In this document: piece after piece, positions 47,056 through 53,553 of the stretch
How the letters are laid out: each line of letters begins with the position of its first letter
Position numbering within the stretch: position 1 is the stretch's first letter
From: a virus
Lineage: Duplodnaviria; Caudoviricetes
IMG/VR virus record: IMGVR_UViG_3300039071_000075
Coordinates: 1 to 53,553 of that record
Reading direction: 5' to 3' (one strand)
DNA length: 53,553 nt
Program-made: the position numbers and the translations under genes
The notes under the pieces: generated by a model
Database searches by the model: none
Seen by the model: the letters and a program-made list of their open reading frames with translations, nothing else
Told to the model about the DNA's origin: nothing

Positions 47056-47773
47056 TAAAGTAACGGTGTATTTTTTCCTGATCTTCTTTTTCTTCTACGA
47101 TGGGGAGACTTGCTAGTGGACACTTAGACATCTTAACCGATACAGTAAAGAACATCATTGAGATAGTCTTCGAAACATATCGATTCAAAGAAGAGTCACA
47201 CTTCAAAGTCACCACCTCGTCAGCAAAGCCATCTTTAATTGAATTCTCACCTACTGAATAATACTCGTCTCGGATGAGTTCCATGTAGGACTTCTGAGTT
47301 TGTTTGCCCTTTGTGCGAGAAACAATATGATCATCCATCTTAGTCAGGATATCCGTAACGTGTTTAAGTCGGTTTGATAGTTGATGTGGAATATCTCCAG
47401 AAACGCCTCCATTTGCGCGGTGCGACATGATGGTGGAGAAAGGAGTGACTAGACGCTTTTCGCTATGCTGAAGAATGTGAAAGCCCATACTGGCTGCATA
47501 ATTCGCAATTACTGTTACAGGACGACGAAGAGTGTTCATGTACTCGATGAGCTTCAAGCCTGCTCCAACGCTGCCGCCCGGAGTATTAAGCACTAGATAG
47601 ATAGGATCAGTAGGCTCTCCTGTCTCAGATACCGTAGACAACTCGTACATAACTTCTCCGATAGAAGAAGGTGTTACAGGTCCAGATAGATTTACGGTAT
47701 TTGTTTCAGTAAGAATAATCTCTCGCGCAAAACAGGTACTAATCGTAAGCAAAAAAATCACCAAAAACTTCAT
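47030..47773 (-). CDS. ClpP/crotonase-fold serine protease with signal peptide
   Basis: IYLVLNTPGGSV, AASMG (Ser), IMSH (His), GFADEV; N-terminal MKFLVIFLLTISTCFA. Confidence 0.85.
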   Translation of the reverse strand: MKFLVIFLLTISTCFAREIILTETNTVNLSGPVTPSSIGEVMYELSTVSETGEPTDPIYLVLNTPGGSVGAGLKLIEYMNTLRRPVTVIANYAASMGFHILQHSEKRLVTPFSTIMSHRANGGVSGDIPHQLSNRLKHVTDILTKMDDHIVSRTKGKQTQKSYMELIRDEYYSVGENSIKDGFADEVVTLKCDSSLNRYVSKTISMMFFTVSVKMSKCPLASLPIVEEKEDQEKIHRYFNEVRQMEL

Positions 47774-47784
47774 GAAAACTCCTA

Positions 47785-48309
47785 TTATTTTGGCAGGTTA
47801 GTAAAAAGTTCCTCAATATATAAGTCTTCATATACTTCATAACATTTTACGGTGGGGTCTAGATATGGAAACATAATGCTAGTAGGGCAATATGCTTGTT
47901 CTTTTTCATAAGTATGTACTTCGTGAAGCCTTCCAAGTACACAGTGTCCAAGTTCGTGGTAAATTAATATCTTCTTTCCAGACTCATCCAGAAGATCCCA
48001 TTCTTCACGAGAAACGTAGATGGTATTTAAAGCAGGGTAGCAAGTAGCAGCGGCTTGTCCTAGAGAGAATGGCGAAAAGGTTATTGTAAGATCAGTAAAC
48101 TGTGCGTCAACTTTGTACTTTTCGGAGTCTTTCTTAAAAGATTGAAACAAAGACTGAAACTCTTCGTCTATGATAATAGGATCGTTCTTCCATTTCTTGT
48201 ATTGAATTAAACCTAAGATATAGGTAACAGCAATTAGCATGAATATAATAAAGGATTGTACTAGGCGACTAAAGAAATCATTCATCTGATTCGAGTTTCT
48301 CCTTATCAT
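47785..48309 (-). CDS. membrane-anchored zinc metallopeptidase (metzincin-like)
   Basis: HELGHCVLGRLH plus SIM Met-turn; N-terminal TM. Confidence 0.8.
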   Translation of the reverse strand: MIRRNSNQMNDFFSRLVQSFIIFMLIAVTYILGLIQYKKWKNDPIIIDEEFQSLFQSFKKDSEKYKVDAQFTDLTITFSPFSLGQAAATCYPALNTIYVSREEWDLLDESGKKILIYHELGHCVLGRLHEVHTYEKEQAYCPTSIMFPYLDPTVKCYEVYEDLYIEELFTNLPK

Positions 48310-48685
48310 ATTCTAGCACAGCTTTTTCTTTTTTCAAACGTTTTCTAATTTCATTTTCTTTTGAGGTTTTTTCTGCATGACAGGGTTCGCATATCGCCTG
48401 TAAACCGGATTCCTCACAAAACAATCTATTTATAAAATCGTCCCATGTAGTAAAGCCAGTTACAGGAATAACTGGCTCAATATGGTCGATCTTTATCTCT
48501 CGATTACTTACAACTTTAGAACAACTTGAACACTGGTAAACTCCTCTAGATAGTCTAGCTTTCTTCAGAACGTTATTCTTAGGTTGCCAGAACTTAGAAA
48601 ATCTACGCAATACGCTCACCAGCGTAGTCTTGAATCTTTTATCAGAAGTCGAGACAATAGGCTCAGCTTTCTTCTTTTTTTTCAT
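48278..48685 (-). CDS. HNH endonuclease
   Basis: CSSC...IDHIEP...LQAICEPCHAEK. Confidence 0.85.
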   Translation of the reverse strand: MKKKKKAEPIVSTSDKRFKTTLVSVLRRFSKFWQPKNNVLKKARLSRGVYQCSSCSKVVSNREIKIDHIEPVIPVTGFTTWDDFINRLFCEESGLQAICEPCHAEKTSKENEIRKRLKKEKAVLEYDKEKLESDE

Positions 48686-48983
48686 TTTTCAATACCTTTC
48701 GATGTTTACAGTTTCCACAAAGTATCATCTTACCAACAGTGGGAGAGATGGCTAATTCCTTCAAATCCTCGGAGCCACACTTCTCGCAAGTCTTCTTAAC
48801 TACAAACTTAGCAGGTTTCTTGGATTGTTTAGTCTCAGCAGGGATCTCTTGACCAAGTAACTTTTTGAGTTCTATGATCTCCTCTCGGAGCTTTCTGTTT
48901 TCTTTTTTTAAAGTTCTATTAGATTCTTTTAGCTCGTTTACGGTTTCTCTCTCTTCACTAGCTTCTCTGCGATTACGCCCCAT
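48663..48983 (-). CDS. coiled-coil + zinc ribbon protein
   Basis: CEKC...CGNC. Confidence 0.65.
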   Translation of the reverse strand: MGRNRREASEERETVNELKESNRTLKKENRKLREEIIELKKLLGQEIPAETKQSKKPAKFVVKKTCEKCGSEDLKELAISPTVGKMILCGNCKHRKVLKNEKKEES

Positions 48984-48992
48984 TAAATTCCC

Positions 48993-49355
48993 TTAATTCG
49001 AGTATTTAAAAACCACACCTTCAGGAGTAACTATGTTACCGTCTATAAGTATATCACAGAAAAACATGACATTATCTAGTAGTTTGCAGCTTATTATCTG
49101 CGGAGTAATGCCATCGCCGAGATCAATTACATCCCACAACTGCGGCGTTTGGAAGCCCTCAGTAGTTTTTAACTTCATCCTACTGGAAAAATAGAAAGAA
49201 TATCCGTTAGAAAGACGGAAGAATATAGGGCGACAGCTTATAGTAAGTATGTTTTTAACTGGATAAAAATTACCGTCGTCGCACAGCAACGAATCTCCAA
49301 TCACTACATCAGATATTTTTTTCTTGCTATTTTCTAGAGTAACGTAGACGTTCAT
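48993..49355 (-). CDS. stand-alone degenerate Hint (intein-like) domain protein
   Basis: KKISDVVIGD...DG...V (block A), DILIDG...EGVVF..N (block F/G-like); no N-terminal Cys/Ser or block B His. Confidence 0.55.
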   Translation of the reverse strand: MNVYVTLENSKKKISDVVIGDSLLCDDGNFYPVKNILTISCRPIFFRLSNGYSFYFSSRMKLKTTEGFQTPQLWDVIDLGDGITPQIISCKLLDNVMFFCDILIDGNIVTPEGVVFKYSN

Positions 49356-49992
49356 AATGTACCGATTCGAACCACATAGACATGTCCGATTGGAGTGCGT
49401 GAATAGATCCGTCGTTTGTAACTAGAACATCATACTCGGAGTCGTCTCCGATTTGATTCTCGCTAATATGTGAATTCTCAGATGGATTATTAGGACGAGT
49501 GATGAGAACTAGAGTAGCTCCTAGTTTCTTAAAGTAGTCTCTTTCGTTCTTAAATCGAGCGTCAGTCACTACAATATTAGGATGGAGTTCAAGTTCCTTC
49601 TTAACATAACTAAGCCAAATGTCATCCTTAACGAAGTTACGACAAATATCCGTTCCCACCGTCTGCAACATGTCTCGAATACTTGTAAGTTTTTTACCTG
49701 CGAATTTCTTACAGACTTCTGTGAATATCTCATCAGAAAAATCAAACCCATCTCGAGAAATCAAGATCTTCAAATATTCTAAATTGCCAACATTAAAGGA
49801 TACTTCGCGCTCAAACGCAGATTCTTTCTTAGAAGGAGCGTCCATGTCTTCTCGAGGAATGTTAAAAACCTCGGAGCAGATATCTTTAAGCTTATCAGCT
49901 AATCCGATTCTCTTAAATCCGTGTTTTTTAATTAGAATTTCTGCTGCTGTGTCTTTACCTGCGAACTTCTTACCTGAAAAAGCAATTAACAT
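49327..49992 (-). CDS. deoxynucleoside monophosphate kinase
   Basis: SGKKFAGKDT P-loop, R.MLQ.VGTD..R, VTDARF.NE, HISE. Confidence 0.9.
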   Translation of the reverse strand: MLIAFSGKKFAGKDTAAEILIKKHGFKRIGLADKLKDICSEVFNIPREDMDAPSKKESAFEREVSFNVGNLEYLKILISRDGFDFSDEIFTEVCKKFAGKKLTSIRDMLQTVGTDICRNFVKDDIWLSYVKKELELHPNIVVTDARFKNERDYFKKLGATLVLITRPNNPSENSHISENQIGDDSEYDVLVTNDGSIHALQSDMSMWFESVHYERLRYSRK

Positions 49993-50408
49993 TAGCCATC
50001 CTTTCTCTTTGAATAAAATCTACCTTCCTTCAGTTCAACTTCCTCGGAGATATATCCCTCATTATACAGCCTAATCATGAAAATTCCCATTATAATACAC
50101 TCAAGCTGCTTGTGCTGTGGAGTATGGTCCCAATGTTCCAAGTGGGCAAGTTCGTGGGCAAGGTATTGCAGCAAATCAATAGTAGAGTAGTTCACTATCT
50201 TATCAGATGGCATGTCATGGTAGGTAGAATATAGCGTTATCCTGAAAGATTTCTTATCGAAGTAAGTAATCAAGCCGTGAAAGTGCTGCCACTTCTCTTT
50301 ATTTCCCTTCTTAGAAGAGATCTTTTTTAATTGTCGAATTTTGGGAAGCAGATGTGTAACGGTATCGATATACCCTCGCATCCATTCTAATTCTCGAATA
50401 ATAATCAT
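49992..50408 (-). CDS. zinc metallopeptidase-like (SprT/WLM/YgjP-type HExxH)
   Basis: LAHELAHLEHWDH. Confidence 0.7.
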   Translation of the reverse strand: MIIIRELEWMRGYIDTVTHLLPKIRQLKKISSKKGNKEKWQHFHGLITYFDKKSFRITLYSTYHDMPSDKIVNYSTIDLLQYLAHELAHLEHWDHTPQHKQLECIIMGIFMIRLYNEGYISEEVELKEGRFYSKRKDG

Positions 50409-50416
50409 TCACATTC

Positions 50417-51238
50417 CTAGGATTTCTTATTTCTAGCAGCGTGAAAAGCTCTCATAGCCTCGGCAACTCTTTCGTTGCCTTTAGCAAACACAGCAAGTGT
50501 ATCTGTAAAAAGCTCTTCCATGCTCAGAACATCGAAGTTATTGTATTTTTTCATACAATCCCACGCTTTTTTATTGCCCTTTATAACCTGATCCCACAGA
50601 GAGAATCCGGGAAATTCAGAATGAGATTGTTTTTTGTATTTTGTGTTAAAGCGTTCGGTCATATACGCCAAACTATACCAAGGCAATCTTAGGTGTCGCT
50701 TCGCAATCTTCTTTGTATCTATAGTTTTATAAGAATCTGGAATGGGCAGCTTGTGTTCGGCTAGTCTATTATTAATTTCACCGTAATCAAAGCCATCTCC
50801 ATTTTGCCAGATGATAATGTCAGCCTGAGACATCAACTCTGACAGTGGCTTCAGTAGAGCTTTATCATTCATCAGGTTCTTTTCTTTGCCGCGCTGATCT
50901 TTATAGATAACCTTACTCTCAGGCTCTCCAATCCACTTAGCAGACCAAGATAGAATTGAAGTATCTTCGATCATCATGTTGTGAGAAATGCTCTGATCCC
51001 AAACTCCCCAATGCCACGATTTCTTTGGCTTTGTTTCGATATCTACGAGTAGAACTTTAGCGAGTGCGCGTTCTACGTCAGCGGCATAAGTCTCAAGACA
51101 ATGCTTGATAGAATCGCAAGTTCTGGTTGAGTTAAACTTAATTCGGAAAAGCTTAGCAATTTCTCTACGAGAATGTCCCTTCTTGTGTAGATTAATTACA
51201 AAGTTAATTTCACTAGTTTTCCAATTACTTTTACTCAC
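50417..51238 (-). CDS. RNase H-like/DnaQ 3'-5' exonuclease with N-terminal HTH
   Basis: VDIET (ExoI), NGDGFD (ExoII), YNNFDV (ExoIII). Confidence 0.85.
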   Translation of the reverse strand: MSKSNWKTSEINFVINLHKKGHSRREIAKLFRIKFNSTRTCDSIKHCLETYAADVERALAKVLLVDIETKPKKSWHWGVWDQSISHNMMIEDTSILSWSAKWIGEPESKVIYKDQRGKEKNLMNDKALLKPLSELMSQADIIIWQNGDGFDYGEINNRLAEHKLPIPDSYKTIDTKKIAKRHLRLPWYSLAYMTERFNTKYKKQSHSEFPGFSLWDQVIKGNKKAWDCMKKYNNFDVLSMEELFTDTLAVFAKGNERVAEAMRAFHAARNKKS

Positions 51239-51245
51239 GAATCCC

Positions 51246-51455
51246 TCACTGGTTTAATCGAGTTGTTTTATTTACAGATTCTCTTGCGCACATGAAATAA
51301 AAAGCAATGCTCATCATGACAACTCGCTCTAGAGATTCTTTCTGTTCAAGATCCATTTCTGGAATCTGAAGTTCTTCTTTAACTAAGTCAACGGTTCTAT
51401 CAATCCACTCGTCGTCTAAATTTATAACGCCAAGAGATCTTCCTTTGTTATCCAT
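51246..51455 (-). CDS. hypothetical protein
   Basis: Coupled small ORF. Confidence 0.5.
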   Translation of the reverse strand: MDNKGRSLGVINLDDEWIDRTVDLVKEELQIPEMDLEQKESLERVVMMSIAFYFMCARESVNKTTRLNQ

Positions 51456-52005
51456 TATTGTCTCTCAAGTATAGGGCTTTTTTCTTTCCCGAAAACTTAG
51501 AAAGCTTAGGATCTCCTATCACTAGTTGAGAGAATGGTTTTTCTATTTTAATCTCCACTAAAGCTCCCTCTATATAATCTTTAGAATGTGAATCCAAAGT
51601 TACGCGGCACCCTACAATTATATCATACTCACTACAGGATTCAAACAAAGGATCTTTGGTTTCAAATATCCAAGAATCTCCGTACTTATAAGCTGACTCA
51701 AATAGTTGGGATTTCACATGTAGATTAAAACTTCCGTACTTTAAGTCTGCCTCGAAAGATTTACTGCCAGCTCCGTATACGCACATATCGGGGGGATTTA
51801 TGTTCTTGCGACCTCTCTCTAGATAGATAAAATATACTCCCCATTCGGCAAGCTTTCCAGAGAACACGTCATTCCATATCTTAGAGCTGGAGGATTGATT
51901 GCGAGAACCATATTCATCTAGATTAGTCGGAACAACTCTGTCTGCAAAGCTCTGACACATTAGAACTATGTCTCGACTAAGGTAATATTCTTTCTTATTT
52001 TCCAT
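51448..52005 (-). CDS. putative PD-(D/E)xK nuclease-like protein
   Basis: GKLAE...PD...ADL...HVKSQ pattern. Confidence 0.5.
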   Translation of the reverse strand: MENKKEYYLSRDIVLMCQSFADRVVPTNLDEYGSRNQSSSSKIWNDVFSGKLAEWGVYFIYLERGRKNINPPDMCVYGAGSKSFEADLKYGSFNLHVKSQLFESAYKYGDSWIFETKDPLFESCSEYDIIVGCRVTLDSHSKDYIEGALVEIKIEKPFSQLVIGDPKLSKFSGKKKALYLRDNNG

Positions 52006-52115
52006 TAGACTCTCTTTTTTTCTTGTCTACTTTCTTCAGCTTGCCATCTTTAAAATAGAAATCCAGTTCGTATTTCATAGAGCATGAACTACTAAAAGAC
52101 ACAACCAGTAAAACA

Positions 52116-52376
52116 CTAAGCGTCTTCAGGTACAAATTCTTTCTTCCATTCGTAGTCAAGGCTCTTGACATAATCTCTAACTTCGTCTCTGCGAGAATGG
52201 TGAACTTGTTTAACCAGCTCATGTTCGTCAACCTCTCTAGAAGTAAGCGGTCTTAGTTTAGGTTCCATAAATAGTTCAATCATAGCAAGAACCTCTTCTG
52301 CGGCTTTATCTTTTGGCTTATCACCTGACAGTAATGTTTCAATATTTTTTAGTAGCTGGCTTCTTTTCGCAAACAT
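52116..52376 (-). CDS. small acidic protein family copy 3
   Basis: KRSQLL...AEEVLAMIE..MEP...W...PE. Confidence 0.6.
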   Translation of the reverse strand: MFAKRSQLLKNIETLLSGDKPKDKAAEEVLAMIELFMEPKLRPLTSREVDEHELVKQVHHSRRDEVRDYVKSLDYEWKKEFVPEDA

Positions 52377-52433
52377 TCTAACCTCTCATTAAGTAAAGTA
52401 TATAACAGAATATCAGGATCAGTATAAAATTTC

Positions 52434-52652
52434 TCACTCAGGTTCCCATCCCTCAACCTCGACGTAATCTTCATAAGGCATGTTCTCTATATCAAAATAA
52501 GTCTTAATCCTCTTGTGCTTGGGATTTAGCAAGTCAAAATCTTCCTGCACTTCAAGAATAACCTTGGCTACTTTTAAAGCATCCTCTCTATTGGCGAGAT
52601 TAAAATTTATAATCACAGAGGCAAGCTTACTTATAACTTCACTTTTTTTCAT
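52434..52652 (-). CDS. small acidic protein family copy 4
   Basis: MKKSEV...AKVILEVQE...LLNP...GWEPE. Confidence 0.6.
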   Translation of the reverse strand: MKKSEVISKLASVIINFNLANREDALKVAKVILEVQEDFDLLNPKHKRIKTYFDIENMPYEDYVEVEGWEPE

Positions 52653-52824
52653 TGGAGAATCCTTTCTTCATTTTCTTTCTTAGAGTGATTCAGTTCTTGA
52701 TTCAGGACTTGCATAAAACTTTCATCCTGCAAGAACTCTAATCTTGAGGTAATAGATCGGTTAACTAACCACAGAAAAACTACCGCAGTACTCAATACAA
52801 ATACTAGCAAAAAATACCAAAACA

Positions 52825-53553
52825 TTAGTGACCCTCTCTTAAGTTTGCGGCTATCTCTGGTTTAGCTATAAGTGGCATAGCCAACTTATTAGTCTCTTCC
52901 ATGGAATATTGTACTATCTTTTTACCCTCTTCGCAAATGTCTTGTTTGCAAGTGGCTACTAATTGATCGTGGATCTGGAGACTTACCCAAGCATCTAGCT
53001 TTTGATCTATGAATTTCTTTGTCATTGCTACTGCCGCTCTATTAACAATGGAAGTCGCTGCCGATTGAATCGGGAAATTGAGCGCATTGTTTAATAGGTT
53101 GTTATACTCTTTTCGAATAGATCTCATTTCGTCCATTGGAACATTGTGTTTCACGGAGAGCTTCTTCAAGTTACGGAAGTCTAGTACTGAGTCTCCGAAC
53201 TTCTCGTAAATTTCCTTAGCCCGAGGAAGGTGACGAACTCTGCCGAATTTACTTGTGACTTTGCCAGTAGTCTTTACTTCTTGAAGATACTTATCCATCT
53301 TGGCTTTGAGACCGGGGAATGATTTGAAGTAGTTCTTAATAATCTCCGCTGCCTTTTCCTCGGGAATGTCCAAGCTCTTTGCAAGCTTGTACTCTTTCAT
53401 TCCATATCTAATTCCCAGCGCATATGCCTTTGCGTTCTGTCTCACCACTGGATACTTTTTCTTTAGAAAGTTCGGAGCTTTCTTATCAGCCGAAGCATCC
53501 TTGATACCTTCTGCCATAATCGCCACTACTGAATACATATCCAGATTCTCTGT
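52825..53553 (-). CDS. polA: family A DNA polymerase, C-terminal part (5' end outside window)
   Basis: Motif B RQNAKAYALGIRYG, NFPIQS, motif C QIHDQL. Confidence 0.92.
   Translation of the reverse strand, partial: TENLDMYSVVAIMAEGIKDASADKKAPNFLKKKYPVVRQNAKAYALGIRYGMKEYKLAKSLDIPEEKAAEIIKNYFKSFPGLKAKMDKYLQEVKTTGKVTSKFGRVRHLPRAKEIYEKFGDSVLDFRNLKKLSVKHNVPMDEMRSIRKEYNNLLNNALNFPIQSAATSIVNRAAVAMTKKFIDQKLDAWVSLQIHDQLVATCKQDICEEGKKIVQYSMEETNKLAMPLIAKPEIAANLREGH

Noticed and set aside
7381-50692. Many antisense or nested ORFs in the track (e.g. 16274-16834, 22270-22773, 49619-50074)
   Set aside because: Shadow frames of well-supported genes, without RBS or motifs
1-53553. CRISPR array, integrase/prophage boundary, stop-codon recoding
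   Set aside because: No spaced direct repeats, integrase or host genes seen; long genes are intact in code 11 and TAA, TAG and TGA all serve as stops

Overview
About 53.5 kb of an AT-rich, apparently lytic tailed dsDNA phage with podovirus-like (P22/T7-style short-tail) architecture. The + strand carries a late block (11503-45581): terminase, portal, three internal-protein candidates, scaffold, major capsid, about 13 kb of mosaic fibre/spike genes, tail adaptor/nozzle, ejection proteins with two GNATs, and a holin. Both flanks hold minus-strand early/replication genes: class II RNR, AAA ATPase, HU-like protein, M15 peptidase, dNMP kinase, exonuclease, HNH, several proteases, the C-terminal part of a family A DNA polymerase, and many tiny ORFs. 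Most notable observations: (1) a WAACAAAT(A) box precedes most late transcription units and is a candidate phage late promoter. (2) A 126-nt tRNA-like RNA with a greatly expanded anticodon arm sits next to a second structured RNA. (3) Unrelated late proteins share short peptide tags (C-terminal KKxMG[YF], and [FY]xx[LI]R), suggesting capsid-loading signals. (4) An ejection protein ends in a Hint autoprocessing domain and is interleaved with two GNATs; a stand-alone degenerate Hint gene lies elsewhere. (5) All Pro-Gly codon pairs I checked avoid CCWGG. (6) A four-copy small protein family is dispersed through the early regions. All functional calls come from motif recognition by eye; no searches were run.
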